Assembly (NCBI GenBank): GCA_963693365.1
Contig: CAVNZM010000017.1
Location: 4,950,708-5,014,707, forward strand
Length of the DNA: 64,000 nt
Reading direction: 5' to 3'
From: Amoebidium appalachense
Taxonomy: Eukaryota > Protista > Ichthyosporea
Both the position numbers and the translations under genes were made by a program. Of the stretch, positions 46,844 to 61,844 are shown one piece after another (the first letter of the stretch is position 1; every line of letters begins with the position of its first letter). Below the pieces are notes generated by a model. That model worked only from the letters and a program-made list of their open reading frames with translations, made no database searches and was not told the DNA's origin.

Positions 46844-47363
46844 GGGCCCAACCACATCAGCTGAGTCAACTTGCTCCGAGCAGAATTATTCTGCAAAAGC
46901 AGAATTATTCCGTAACAAGAAGAATTATTCTGCTAAAAGCAGAGTTATTCAGAAAAAGCAGAGGTATTCTGCAAAAACAGAATCAATCTGCTAAAAACAG
47001 AACTATTCTGCAAAAGCAGAATCAATCTGCTAAAAGCAGAATCAATCTGCCAAAAGCAGAATGATTCTGCTAAAAGCAGAAAGTTGCGCTGAAAGCAGAA
47101 TTATTCTGCTGTCGAAAGCAGATTAATTCTGCTTTTGGTGGAATAATTCTGCTAAAGGCAGAATAATTCTGCTGAAAGCAGAGTGATTCTGCTAAAGGCA
47201 GAGTGATTCTGCTTTTGCGGAATAATTCTGCTTTTCGGAATAATTCTGCTAAAAGCAGAGTGATTCTGCTTTTTCAGAATAATCCTGCTTTTTGCAGAAT
47301 GATTCCGCTTTTGCAGAATAATTCTGCTTTTTGCAAGTTGACTCTGCCGATGTGGTTGGGCCT
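46844..47363. mobile_element. Harbinger-like foldback MITE (~520 bp) with an expanded internal ~20-bp array
   Basis: TIR GGGCCCAACCACATCAGCTGAGTCAACTTGC / GCAAGTTGACTCTGCCGATGTGGTTGGGCC, sharing its first 13 bp with the 31705 element. About 20 internal units of GCAGAAT(T/A)ATTCTGC+AAAA whose spacer polarity flips toward the right half. Absent from the sister tandem units. Confidence 0.88.
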
Positions 47364-47437
47364 TGCATTGAAGCGCGCGCGCGCGTGTGTGTGTGTTTAT
47401 GTGTGTGTGTGTGTGTGTGTGTGGGTGTTTGCGTGTG

Positions 47438-47482
<45 letters not shown>

Positions 47483-48086
47483 GGGGGACGTTCGAAGGTC
47501 CAATAGCTACTAAAAATCATCCTCAGTGGATGATACTAAGAGAGCCACCAATACCGCCATGTCACGGTGATTGCCAACATACCGACCAGGTTTAGTCATT
47601 GGTGGCCTCGTGGGTTCCTGAGTGGGTCCCCTGACTCCTGAGGCCCCCTATTCTGGGGGGAGAGGGGGGGGGGGGGGGGGGGGGGGGGGGGAGGGGTGTG
47701 CGTGTGTGTGTGTTTTTTTTTTTTGCGCGGGGGGGGGGGGGGGGGGGGGGAGGGGGAGGGGGGTGGAGGGCCCGGGGGTGCACGTGGGGGGGTTGCTCCT
47801 TTGATCCCCCCTCCCCCCTGGCCCCTACTCCTCCCCTTTACCCCCTTTCCTCCCTCCCCCCCCCCCCCCCCCCTTCCCCCCCACCTCCCGGGGAGCCCTC
47901 AGCCGCAGATACCTCAAAAAAAGGAAGACGGAACACATGGTAAGAATGGCCGCCGCTATGCAAAAGGTGCATTTTTGGAGGATTCTCGCTATCGGGCCTG
48001 CAATTCTTTCACCGGGCCTGAGGCTCCTTCCGTTCTCAATGACACTTCTAATCTACCTCCTTTAAGGACTCTCATATCCCTCTTTC

Positions 48087-48253
48087 TTGTGGGCTCCACC
48101 CTTACCATTGCCGACATTCTCCTCTACAACCTCCTTAAAAACCCTGGGTTTAAGGCCCCCGTCGCAGAAACCCATAAAAAGGCTATTTCCCCCGTCCAAT
48201 CAAACCCCAAGATCACTGCATATCAGGAGAGCGACCTGTGCATCAAGAGTTGA
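48087..48253 (+). pseudogene. Orphan duplicate of the 3' part of GST exon 3
   Basis: [55 protein letters not shown] plus its 3' flank matches 42880-43330. No upstream exons or acceptor are present. Confidence 0.9.
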
Positions 48254-48787
48254 ACAAAACTATTCAAGAATTTACGTTTGAGAATACCGTATATGCCAAT
48301 AATTATTGCAGAGTAGAGTGGATGTATATATTTTTGTAGTTTCATTTGTACTGTAATTCAGTTTTATCAGTCTCTCTGGGGGTATATGCTATGACGGGCA
48401 GAGCCAAGTAGGAGGCCTGGGAGGCGGTAGCCTCTGTGAGGTACGTACGAAACGGGAAGTTGAAAACTTTCAGTGAAACCTTAATAAATGAAAAAATGAA
48501 GAGGGGAAGAAAATCTTCTACCTCGATAATTTTTTTTGATGGGTCAGTCATGAGGCGGTGTGGTATGGTACAGGCGGGGCGTGCGTGTTGTTGATCATGG
48601 CTGGTGTAACAGTTGAAACGATATACTATCGGATAGCCTAATAAGAGGCGAGTGTTGCTGCTGTGGCGCTGTACTACTAGTATTTCTCAAGATTTTTTCA
48701 AAGCGTGCGTAATCACACTTGCACACACGTGCACACACGCACACTGACTCACAAATTACACAACCAAACACACACTAACACGTGCGG

Positions 48788-48846
<59 letters not shown>

Positions 48847-49805
48847 CCGGAAACACACTGTGACATGTGCCCCATAAAGAAATATGCATGGAAATGTTTA
48901 GTCTTGATACAGACGAGATAACTAGATGCACCTCTTTATGTAACATTATGTAATAATATGAATAGCTATGTAACTAATAATATCAAGTATTCTCCACTCC
49001 AACCCTTCCAAATGGGCTCCCTTGGGCACGACTATATTAATACTACCTATCTATGCTTGACCAGAGTAGATTTTTTTGCATAAATAGAGGGCACAGTGGG
49101 GATGTACCAAACTCCCCGCATGGGGCGTGTTTTGAGCAGTTACTATGTGGTCCGTGTGCCGTATGCGGTGAATTTGGGCGTCTGCGCGCACTTGGCAGTC
49201 GTGTACACTCGCCCACGTGCACGATGCATGGTTCGAGTGAGACACAATAGGACACTACGGCACGCTGAGCGATGACGTGCGTGCGCACACACAACGGGTT
49301 GTACACTGACAGTACAAGCTTGTTCCCGCTTTGATGCATGCATGCTATTATCCCATTTACCGGAAATCCCTTCTTTCGTAACGCGGGTTTCTTCGTGTGT
49401 TTTACAATCATGTGACACCAGCGGTCCAGCGAGGCACTGAGCGCAGCCCCGGCGCAGGGTTTCCGGACTTTTGCCGGGGCCGCCCGGCAAAAGATTCGAA
49501 ACTCCGAGAGCGCTGCCGGACGTCCCCGGGACTCCCGGTTGGCCAAATGAAACAAGATCGTGCTTTCCTATTGGTTGTCGATCTCCCGAAACTCGGCCTC
49601 GTGGGTATATAAAGAGGCCAGGGATGGCTGTTTGAATCAGTCCACAATCAAACCTGTCGCCTTCACATAAAGAAGACAACCACTACATACACGCAACTGC
49701 GAGCTCGGTAAACACATTTTAGTGCCTAACCAACCTTTCACAACTTCTTTTATTATTTACATCCTCTATAATCAAACACCAAGTTAAAATGGCCTTCTCC
49801 AAGCT

Positions 49806-50339
49806 ATGACATTTTCCCCTGTCCTCTGTCTTGCCGGCGTTCTTCTCTCCACCTTGCCTCACTTCTCCACGGCCGCCGCGGTGCCTGCAACTGCAACTTC
49901 AACTTTAGACGCGCACACAGACCTTACCACAAATCCATCCGCCCAGGCACCCGTCGCCCCGGAAGACGAAATGGTCCATGATCCTCGAGACGGGGCTCGA
50001 CCGGTACCACGTTGCAAAGACGGCGGCATGGTGGTCTGCATGACGTGCAAGTGGGACGACTGCAGCTGCAATATCGCTCTAAATAACTATGTCATGATTC
50101 CACTGTGCGACCAAACGATTGAGTGGCCGGCTCACCACTACTCTCAGCACTGCTGGAACTGCGGCGGTGTAAACCAGCCCAACGAGTACTGCAAGATCGC
50201 AAGCCCGGAGGAGCCGGGCTATGCTACGGTGCCGCACCGCTCGTTCTTCACTATGTATTCTTACACGGATGATAACTTTTATGTCGAGTGCAAGAGCAAG
50301 AAGGGCAACAACAACAACAACGTCACGGTTGTCAACTAA
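49806..50339 (+). CDS. Family B copy 2: 10-Cys secreted protein, 177 aa
   Basis: The ancestral ATG (49789) now hits a stop after 6 codons, but the ATG at 49806 keeps the signal peptide. Compensating indels turn PETGLDYC into PRDGARPVPRC. All 10 Cys of the mature domain are retained. Confidence 0.72.
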   Translation: MTFSPVLCLAGVLLSTLPHFSTAAAVPATATSTLDAHTDLTTNPSAQAPVAPEDEMVHDPRDGARPVPRCKDGGMVVCMTCKWDDCSCNIALNNYVMIPLCDQTIEWPAHHYSQHCWNCGGVNQPNEYCKIASPEEPGYATVPHRSFFTMYSYTDDNFYVECKSKKGNNNNNVTVVN

Positions 50340-50935
50340 TCTGGTGCCCTCCGTATTGGAACGGGAAAATCTACTGGGACCCCAGTGGCACTGGTGGCCG
50401 ATACATATATCCCCGGCTTATAACGGAGGCATGCTATCTCATACATAGATAGATAGCCTCATAGGGAAGGCATTAACCCCATATGTATCGCGAGGCTGTG
50501 CCTTGCTGAGCAAACGAGATAAAAAATAAAAAACAAATACGTTTGGAAGGCCTACATGTAGTAGCAGCAGCAGTCTCAGAATCTCATCAAAGTTTAATAT
50601 TTTATATTTTTTGCCCTGCCCTTTTTCTTCTCTTTTTCTCAGGGCTTTTACTGTGTTCTTTTCTTTGGTTCTCAATCATTATGAGAATTTCATAGCCATG
50701 CATGCCCCGTTGCAACCCGAGCCCTATCTAGCGTGACTTTACGTCATATAAGGGGAAACACTTGAGCTTAGCCTTACCCTCAACTCAAATTAAAGCATTT
50801 GTTAATCAATAAATATGAAGCAGAGCATGCAACAATAATTTTTCATTAATTGTATCTTTGTTCCGTGTAGGTTCGTGTATCCGGCAGCCCCTGGGTGCGG
50901 AATGTTAACGTTGTCATCCACATTGCAATGGGCCG

Positions 50936-50982
<47 letters not shown>

Positions 50983-51669
50983 ATCGAGGGCTCGTACAGC
51001 TTTCTACAAACACTATAAAGTGTCCCAAAAGAGGAGGGCTCGATCGTTCACATGTTAACGCGTGCATCAGTGACGGTCTGTGTGTGTGCAGGGGATGACT
51101 AATATTAAGATAATGGGTACCGTAAAAATAGGATCCAGTGACTCCAGTTATCTCTCCTTTACGGGGTGCCAGTATGGCTAGGTGTGTGTGTGTTGCACGG
51201 GGGGAGGGGAGAGGTGGAGGGGGGGAGGAAGGGGGGTGGGGAGGAGGGGGGGTTCTCATGAAAGAAGCCAATTACAGTAGTATGTTAGGGCAATTACTTC
51301 AAACACAATCTTAGGGCAATTACTTCAAACACAATCACATGATCCTACACACAAAAAAATCCCTGGACACCAGTCGAACGAATGGTGTTTTTTGGCAGCT
51401 CCAGCGGGCACATGTGGCTTTTGCATTCATACACACCTGGTGTGTGCACGTGAGGCGCGCTTGACAATGTATGTGTGTACGGTGTGTGTGTACGGGCCGG
51501 GGGGGGGGGGGGTCCGATTGTGTGTATGTGTGCGTGTGTGCGTGTGTGTCTCTTTCCCTTTCTCTCTCTCTCTCTGCGTGTGTGTGTGTTGGTGTTTCTG
51601 TGTGTGTGTGTTTCACGGTGTGTGTGTGTGTGTGTGTTTGTGTGCGTGCGTGAGTGCGCACGCGCGCGC

Positions 51670-51789
<120 letters not shown>

Positions 51790-51862
51790 CTGTGCCGTGT
51801 GTGCGCGTGCGTGCGTATGTATGATGTGTTACAGTTTGTGTATGTGTGTAAAAGTGTTGAGG

Positions 51863-51985
<123 letters not shown>

Positions 51986-52155
51986 GTGACTGTGCGTCGT
52001 GCATGTGTGTGTGCGTCGTGCGCGCAGCGTGTGTGTGTGTGTCACATTGTGTTTGCCTGTGTGTGTATGTGTGCTCACACACGCGTGTGCGTGGGTGCAT
52101 TTTTGTGTGTGTATGTGTGTGTGTGTATGTACGCGTTGGTGGACGTGCGTTGGTG

Positions 52156-52258
<103 letters not shown>

Positions 52259-52448
52259 CGCACGCGCCACGGTGTGTGGGTGTATGTTATGATGTGCATG
52301 TTTGTGTGTTTGTGTGGATGCATGTCATGATGTGGGTGTGTGTGGGTGTCTGGGTGTGTGTCATGATGTCTTTGTATGAGTGTCCGCGCGCGCATGTGTG
52401 CGTGCGACACTGTGTGGGTGGGTATGTGAGTGCCTGGGTGTCATCATG

Positions 52449-52481
<33 letters not shown>

Positions 52482-52664
52482 CTCGCGTGTGTGACACTGT
52501 TTCCATCGGATTCCACCGTGGCGTCGTGGACTTTGGTCCGGAGCATTGAATGGCCGATTATAAAAAACAAGAGACACCAAACTTTAACCATATGTGTACG
52601 CTTGTGGTGATCGGAAATAGCAAGTCGAGTGCGGGAGTAGGGCCCGGAGCACGTGAGGGGGAGG

Positions 52665-52709
<45 letters not shown>

Positions 52710-52850
52710 GGGGGGGGGGAGGGGGGGACTCAATGAGGTGGGCACTGAAAGAATAGTATCGAGAGCGAGTAAGCAACTCATAACCACCCTTACCAAAGAT
52801 CCAGTGGAAAGAGACGCCCGCACAGCGGGGGGAGGGGGGAGCGGGGGGGG

Positions 52851-52884
<34 letters not shown>

Positions 52885-53097
52885 GCAGGAGGGACGTTCG
52901 AATGTTTAATAATTGCTAGTATTGGGGTAAGCATGTGGCTTGCTCCATAAAGGTCCTAATGCATGAAAAGAGCCTCAGTGACCAACTAATACCGTCATGT
53001 GTGTGGTTTTAATTTAAATTTAGCCTTTGGTGGCCTCGGTGTGCCCGTGAGTGGGTCCCCTGAGGCCCCCGATGGGGGGGGGGGGGGGGGGGGGGGG

Positions 53098-53132
<35 letters not shown>

Positions 53133-53292
53133 GGGGGAGGGACTTTTTTTTTTTTTTTCCTTATCTTCTACTTCTTCTTTTTTTTTTTTTCTTATCTTCT
53201 TCTTCTTCTTTTTTTTTTTTTTTTTTTTCTTTGTCAACTTGGACACCCCCAATATCTAGATCTATCTCTCTAGGACTCCAATCTCTCTCTTT

Positions 53293-53330
<38 letters not shown>

Positions 53331-53671
53331 CCCCCCCCCCCTCCTCCCTCCGTCCTCGGCCCCCCTCCCCTCTCTCCCCTTCTCTCTCTCGCCCACCCCC
53401 TCCCAAGCCTCCCTCTCTCAGAGGCTCTCGTAGAGCCAACCCCCCCCACCAACCTTCCCCCCTCCCCTCCTTTGGCAAAACCTTTCTCTCTCACTCTCTC
53501 ACTCTATCTCCCAACGTTAACATCCCTCCCTCCCTCCCTCTCCCCCCCCACCTCTAGAGCTTCCCCCCCCCCTCCCCCCCTCCCCCTCTCCTCTCTCTCA
53601 ATCTCTCTCTATAATTCGCTTGGCTCAGCATTGGTTCGGACTCCTGGGGTACCGGTGTTTGGAGGCATGGT

Positions 53672-53828
<157 letters not shown>

Positions 53829-53927
53829 CTCTCTCTCTCTTAGCTCTCTTAACAGTTTCTTTCTCTCTCTATCTCTCTCAGAGCGGCTAGCTCTCCGATC
53901 TAGATACCTCCTCGTCCCCCCTCCGGA

Positions 53928-53962
<35 letters not shown>

Positions 53963-56297
53963 CGGAAAGAACAATCCGCGGCCGTACGTTTGGGCGGTTT
54001 ACCTATGCATGACTCTCAGGCTGTGACTCCACATATGCATGCCGATAGCCTACACAAGCACCGTGGCAGCTGCAGAGTGGCAGCAATTGGCAGCGCTGGC
54101 GCACTGCCCACACTTCATTATGTGGACACACACCGTACGCCGTTATGATTATGTGACGCTCACACACTCATTCTGAATCACGAATCACGCGCTCGTGATG
54201 ATTATGCAGGGACACATCAAGCCTTTTTTTTTTTTTTTTTTAACCCCGTTTTGTTCCCGGAGGTACCCCTAGGGGCCCTCGGGAACTACCGTCTTCCACC
54301 CAGCACCGACAATACTCTAGCTAGGGTGCTACGATGCTAGTAGCTAAAACTAACACACCCATAACAATCCTAACTATATGTACACACTTTGCCCAGGGTA
54401 TCAACCCCAGTCACGCCGGTGGGTAACACATCATGCCTGACATGTTTGTTATACATAGGCATCATGGCACACACATATACAGCCACAATTAATTGTGTGC
54501 AAATTATTTGCATGCACACAAACAGGGCCTGGCACCAGTGCGACGTCACGCAAATGTGTCCACAAGCATGTGCTAATATAAGGGCTAATTTACTTCCCCT
54601 CATGCACTCGTTTGCAACGGCACATCATTGACCTTGAGATCTGTGCACGGTGGGAAGTGGTGCCCGGCGTGTTTTTGTGTCACAGTGAGCTACGTATGCA
54701 TGAGTGGCTGCAAATGCGTGTGGACATATGCTTGTGGGTGTGATGTGTGTGTGTCCATGGAAAATACATGTACAAAACAGCACAGTAACAACACCTCTCT
54801 ATCTAGTTGTAAAATTTTCCATCCGAGGCCCCCCCTTCCCATCCTCACCTAAAACGAGGTAACCGACTACACCCGCAAGCCTCAAAACAGTAAGCATATA
54901 TTAAAAAGCGCAATGCCATGTTAAACATGATAGCACGAATCAACTCTGTGAAGAATACTTCACATATGTTTTTGAAGAGGCACGGCTTCCCCCCCCCCCC
55001 CCCCCTCCCCCCCCCCACCCTCCCCCCCCCCCCCCCCCCCCCCCCGGCCCTGCTTTTCAGCCTTCCAAGGATATCAAAACCCGCAAAGATATGATGTTCG
55101 GTATTCATTACATCTTGCGGCTTTGTCGACCTAGATACAATAGTTATTTTTTTTTGGAAAAAACTTAGCTGCAACCCTATTCTCCGGGCTCTAGATATCA
55201 TCCTTTAACACTCTAGATCTAGCTAGATGTAACAGTTGCTTGAGATAGAACATAAGAATCTTGAAGTGCGAATTCTCAACAGATGCAGAAATCAGCACAC
55301 CAATATCTTGTTACCCCTAAAGTCGGTGTGCACAAGAAAACCACTCAAGCCCTAACCATGTTTCTTCTACAACGTGATTCTACATAGAAAGTAATCAAGA
55401 CTACGCTACGCATCTAATAATCACGAAGCGGGACGATACGTGGCGCTCAAAAACCTCGGTAAGAATTAGAAAAAAGAAGGCTAGGCACGCCAAAAGTCTT
55501 TCTCTCTCCGCATATATGAAAAGTGACCGGAAGCAGCAGCGTCTCATGGCTGAGCCTGGGGCAAAAATAAATAAATAAATAAATAAATAATGTAAAATAA
55601 AATAAATAAACAAATAAATTGTTAGACTTGTGAGATTCGCAACAGAGCAGGGGAAAAACCAAAATTATTCCCCCCTCCCCCCCCCCCCCCCCCCCCCTAG
55701 GGAGGAGGGGGGGGGGGGGGGGGGGGGGGGTGAAATAAGCAAGACACACAGAGGGTTCCTACGATCAAGGATAAGTGCATTGGCCTGCGAGTGTCCGTAT
55801 ATACGTGTGCCATCAACAAGTGGACACTCTTGGCGTGGTGTACGTGTAGGCGTGTCACGGTTGAGAGCAAAGGTGTGTTGGGTAAAGAGAGCTATCGAAT
55901 AAAGAGGAATGGGACGCAGGGGGACTCGCGGCATGCAGCTGCGTGGTGTGGACCGTGTGGCGCACTGGGAAATTTGAAAATCCGAAAGCCCGGAGCGACT
56001 GTGGCCTGTGGGACAGTCCGGGACTCCCGGTTGGCCGCCGTTGGCCAAATGAAACAAGATCCTACTTTATGATTGGCTATCGATTGCCTGAGATGCGGCC
56101 TCGCGGGTATATAAACAGGCCAGGGGTAGGCTGTTTGAATCAGTCCACAATCTATAGATGTAATCAAACTTGCCGCTTTTACACAAAGAAGACAACCACT
56201 ACACGCAACTGCGAGCTCTCGTCAAAAACATCTAGGTGCCCACCCGATCCTTCACAACTCTTTTATTCACATCTACCACTTCCTAAAACCTGCGAAA

Positions 56298-56822
56298 ATG
56301 GCCATCTCCAAACGCAACATGGTGCTCCCTGTGCTCTGTCTTGCCGGCCTTCTTCTCTCTGCCCTGCCTCACTTCTCCACAGCCGCCGCGGTGCCTGCCG
56401 CTGCAACTGCAGCTGCAGATGCGCCCACAGACCTTACCACGGATCCATCCGCTCAGGCACCCGTCGCCCCAGAAGACGACGTGGCCCATGATCCTGAGAC
56501 AGGGCTCGACTATTGCAAAGACGGTGGCATGGTGGTCTGCATGTCGTGCAAGTGGGACGACTGCAGCTGCGTGACCACTGGCTATGTGATGGTTCCACTG
56601 TGTTACCAGTGGACGCACTGGCCGGCTAGCCACTGCTGGAACTGCGGCGGTGCAAACCAGCCCAACGAGTACTGCAAGAGCGCAACCCCGGAGCAGCCGG
56701 GCTATGCTACGGTGCCGCACGGTGGCTCGTACTATACTGAGTACTCTTACAATGACGCAAACTTCTACGCCGAGTGCATGAGCAAGAAAAGCAACAACAA
56801 TAATGCCACGGTGGCCAACTAG
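56298..56822 (+). CDS. Family B copy 3: 10-Cys secreted protein, 174 aa
   Basis: Intact intronless ORF: signal peptide, acidic Ala/Pro pro-segment, then YCKDGGMVVCMSCKWDDCSC...PLC...HCWNCGG...EYC...AEC. Upstream CCAAT and TATATAAA (~56108). Confidence 0.9.
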   Translation: MAISKRNMVLPVLCLAGLLLSALPHFSTAAAVPAAATAAADAPTDLTTDPSAQAPVAPEDDVAHDPETGLDYCKDGGMVVCMSCKWDDCSCVTTGYVMVPLCYQWTHWPASHCWNCGGANQPNEYCKSATPEQPGYATVPHGGSYYTEYSYNDANFYAECMSKKSNNNNATVAN

Positions 56823-57985
56823 TTGGATGCCCTACGTATACGTTTGGGAGGGCTACGTGTGCAGCAGTCTCAGAATACAGTATGTCGTTCGTGGTGTGAT
56901 CTCACTTTTTTTTTTTCTTTTTTTTTTTTTTGCCCCTTTCCTTTTCTTTTCTTTTCTCTTTTTTTTTTGGTTTCACAACATTATGAGAATTCAATAGTGG
57001 CGCCGTTGCAACACGGACCCTATATATATATCAAGCATGATTATACATTGATGTATATGAGGGAAAACGGAGCTTACCCTCAACCCAAAACTTTCAAATA
57101 AATATGAAGCAGAGCAATAATTGTTTTCCATAAATTGTATCATGGATTCGTGTATCCGGCCACCCTTTAGTGTGGAATGTTAACGTTGTCGTCGACAATG
57201 GGCCGTGGGGGGGAAGAGGGAGAGGGGGGGGGGGGGGGGGGGGGGAGGGAGGGAGGGGGGGGGGGGGGGGGGGGCTCGTACAGCTTTGTACAAACGCTAT
57301 GAAATGTACAAAAGAGTTGGGCTTGATTTTTTATTTTTTTTATATCACGTTTTGTTCCCAAAGAGCCTCTCCAGGCCCTCTACGGAAACTACCGTCTACC
57401 ACACAGCACCGACAGTACATTAGTTAAGGTGCAATCTATGAGTTCAGCTAAGTTAAACCATCCTTCACAACCTAACTATAAGTACACACTTTGCCCAGGG
57501 CTACTACCCCAGCCACGCCGGCAGGAGGCTCCAGTCCTCCCCTCCATTCAAAACCTAGCAATAAACGTTAACCGAGGGCTCTCATTGGTCGATCTACAGT
57601 ATTGTGAAGTCCTAAGTGTTGTGTATAGTATTTACGGTGGGTATGGGTGGATGATGGGGTGTGGTGATGGTGGTGGTGGGGGGTTGCTAGCTAAAGAGTT
57701 GGGCTCGATCTTTCAAAGACATGCATGATGAGTATTGGATTCACTTTTTCTGCATGCATGCGTGTCTGTGTGTGTGCAGGGCTTGGGGATGACTGACATT
57801 AAGACAATGGGTACCGTGAAAATAGAGTCTAGTGCCAGTGGAACTTGGTGTGTATGTGTATTGCCCGCAGGGGTGGGGGGAGGGGGGGGGATTGTTTCTC
57901 ATGAAAGAGGCCGTTAACAGTAGTATGTTAGGGCAATCACTTCAAACACAATTTCATGATCTTCCACACAAACAAAAGTCTCTGG

Positions 57986-58182
57986 TGTAAGATGGTCACT
58001 ATACGGGACTAATACACACGAGTAAAGGGTGTCTTTATACGATCCGTGCAGTCTATGCGAAAGCAAGGATCTGCCAGAAATGAGCTGTGCGTCGGGTTTT
58101 ATACCCGCATCCGACTCAAGTATATGGCATAGCGCTCCCGGTCACACAGTGATCGGGCCGGAGGTGTACAGTCCGTCCCACA
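57986..58182. mobile_element. Possible short solo LTR or other insertion (~197 bp)
   Basis: Absent at the equivalent site in the other two units (46210 and 51366). Starts TGT and ends ACA, with a near-TSD ctgg/ctgc. Confidence 0.45.
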
Positions 58183-58312
58183 CTGCCACCCGTCGATTTT
58201 AATAGTTTTTTTTTGCAGCTGCAGCGGGCACATGTGGCTTTTGCATACATGCACACTTGGTCTGTGGACATGAGGCGCACTTGACATGTGTGTGTGTGTG
58301 TGTGTGTGTGGG

Positions 58313-58343
<31 letters not shown>

Positions 58344-58644
58344 GTCTGTGTGCGTGTGTGCGGGTGCGCGCACGCGTCTATCTCTCTCTCTCTCTCACTC
58401 TCACACACACACACACACACTCTCTCTCTCTCTCTCCCCTTCTCTCTCTCTCCTTCTCTCTCTCTCTCCTTCTCCCTCTCAGAGCCTCTCTCTCTCTGTG
58501 TGTATGTGTGTGTGTGTGCACTGTGTGTGTGTGTGTGTGTGTGTGTCACGGTTGTGTGTGTGTGTCAGTGTGTGTGTGTGATGTGTGTGTGTGTGTGTTT
58601 CACGGGGTCTGTGTGTATGTGTATGTGTCTGTGTCTGTGTCTGT

Positions 58645-58729
<85 letters not shown>

Positions 58730-58882
58730 TGTGTGTGTCTCGGTGTGTGAGGTTGTGTGTGTGTGCGCGTGTGCGTGTGTGCGCATATTGATATCTGTGT
58801 ATTTGTCCACGGTGTGTATGTGTGCATGTGTATTTAACCTGTGTATCATCGGTGTTTGCATGTTGTGTGCGTGCGTGCACAT

Positions 58883-58941
<59 letters not shown>

Positions 58942-59446
58942 CGCGCGTGTGCGTGGGTGCATTTGTGTATGTGTTTGTGTGTGTTTGTGTGTGCGCGCGC
59001 AACGGTGTGTGGCCCACTGGTTTGTGTTATGATGTGCGCGTGTGTGTGTTTGTGAGTGTGTGACGATGATGTGCGTGTTTGTGGGTATCTGGGTGTATGT
59101 CATGTTGTGTGTGTGTGTGAGTGCGCGCGTGGGTGTGCATGTGTGTGGTTGTGCGTGATGATGTGCGCATGTGTGAGAACCTGGGTGTGTATCATGATGT
59201 GCGTGTGTGTGAGTGCCTGGGTGTGCATCATGATGTGCATGTGTGTATGTGCTCGCGTGTGTGCAGGTGTGACTTAATCCGGATCCATACCTTTTTTGGG
59301 GTTGATATTTGATTTGAATGTGATGGTGGAAGGGGTCGGGGCAGTGTTTTGCTCGCGTTTCCACTTGTGGAGTGTCGCTGATTATTTATGTTTTTGGGCT
59401 TCGAATCTCCGTTTCACTGATACTAAGGTTCCATACAGTATGTGAT

Positions 59447-59478
<32 letters not shown>

Positions 59479-59634
59479 GATATTCCCAAATGCCATGAAA
59501 AAACTCTGTGCCGCTAGGCCAAAACGACATTTGCTGGGGACTATCCACCATCCCAACCCCTCCCCCCACTTCCCCCAATCTCTCCTTTTCCACCCCCCGC
59601 CCCCTACTCCTCCCCTTTTCCCCCCTTCCCCCCT

Positions 59635-59687
<53 letters not shown>

Positions 59688-59933
59688 ACCCCAACTCCCC
59701 GGGGAGCCCTCAACCGCAGATGTTCAAATTGAAAATAAGGAATAATGAACACATGCCATTGGCATAGATGGCCACCAAAATGCAAAAGGCGCATTTAAAA
59801 TTTTTGAACGATGCTCGCGATCGAGGCTGCAATTCTTTCACCGGGCCTCTTTCCGTTGTCTTTTGGGCCATTTTTCGCTGCTATTTCGAGGCTATCCCTG
59901 TAGGACTCCTACCTCTCTCTTTCTGTGCCGCCC

Positions 59934-59966
<33 letters not shown>

Positions 59967-60069
59967 CTGTCTCTCTCTGACAGGGCCCCCCCCTCCGTTG
60001 CCCCCCTCCCGTCTCCCCCCTCTCTCTCTCGTCCACCCCCTATCGATTCTCCCTCTCTCAAACTCTGAG

Positions 60070-60105
<36 letters not shown>

Positions 60106-60313
60106 CCCCTCCCCCCACTCTCTCTCAATCTCTCTCTCTCTCCTTCCTTGCCTCTCTCTCTAGTTCTCCCTCCCTCGAAGCGAGTCCCACTCTCTCGCCC
60201 CAACCTCTCTCCCCCCCCCTACCCCCCTTCTCTTCTCTCTCAATCTCTCTCTATAATTCGCTTGGCTCAGCATTGGTTCGGACTCCTGGGGTACCGGTGT
60301 TTGGAGGCATGGT

Positions 60314-60385
<72 letters not shown>

Positions 60386-60473
60386 TTGTCTCCCCCCCCC
60401 CCCCCCCCCCCCCCCCCAGAGCCTCTCTCTCTCTCCCCCCCCCCCCCCCCCCCCCCGAGAACCTCTCTCTCTG

Positions 60474-60533
<60 letters not shown>

Positions 60534-60537
60534 GAGA

Positions 60538-60577
<40 letters not shown>

Positions 60578-60630
60578 CTCTCTCCTTCTCTCTCACACAC
60601 ACTCAAATTTCTCTTTCGAATTCTGCGAGG

Positions 60631-60749
<119 letters not shown>

Positions 60750-60796
60750 CCCCCGAGTCTCTCAAATTTCTTTCTGTCCGAGGCTCCCTCCCTCCC

Positions 60797-60836
<40 letters not shown>

Positions 60837-60949
60837 CCCCCTCTCTCTCTCAAATTTGTCTCTCTCCGAGGCTCCGAGTCTAGCTAGTAGATCTCTTTCT
60901 GAGTCTCTCTCTCTCTTGACTCTCAATTTTCTCTGCTCGAGCTCTCCGA

Positions 60950-60989
<40 letters not shown>

Positions 60990-61794
60990 CTCTCTCTCTC
61001 TCTCTTTCTCCCCCTCTCTCATTCTCTCTTTCTCTCTCCGAGGCTCGCTCTCTTTCTCTCTCTCTTTAATTTCTCTGGAGATCTCTCTCCGCGGCTCTTT
61101 CTCTCGCTTTATCTCTCTTTCCTCAGCGCTAGGTCTCCGAAATACCCCCCCCCCCCCGGAAAAAAATACAGTATGTGCGTTTGTGCAGTTTACCTGTGAC
61201 TCTACATATGCATGCCGATAGCCACAAGCACGGTGGCACTGGCAGGGCTGGCCACACTTTGTGGACACACGTACGGCCGTACATTATGTGACGCTCACGC
61301 ACCCTCACACTCACGCGCTCGTGATATGCAGGGACACGCCATGCCTGACATGTTATCGACACCGTGGCACACACACATACAGCCACAAACATGCAAGGCA
61401 CAGACAGGCACCAGTGTCACACAAACGTCGTTTCCACAAACATGCGCTAATATATAAATTCACTTCCCCCCACTCATCTGCAACGACACATCGTGTAGCT
61501 TACATGTGTACGCCGTCGGACCGGGTGTGCACGTGTGTGTTTACTCTGCAGTGCAAGTACCCTAGCGTTTTTGTGTGCAAGTTATTGCCTGAGAGGCTGC
61601 GAGTGCGTGCGCACACACACACGTGTGTGAGGATGAGACGTCTTATGTGTGATGTGTGTCCATGGAAATTACATGTACAAAACAGCACCGTAACAACATC
61701 CCTCTCTCTACTTGTACAACCACAAGCCTCAGAACAGTACTCCACATGTAAATGCACATAACATGGCATGAATCAACTGTAAAGAATGCTCCAA

Positions 61795-61844
<50 letters not shown>

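Noticed and set aside
46880-47330. CRISPR array or coding repeat
   Set aside because: There are no unique spacers, and the array is bounded by MITE TIRs.
53620-53645. tRNA gene
   Set aside because: The A- and B-box-like motifs abut with no anticodon arm, and no cloverleaf can be drawn.
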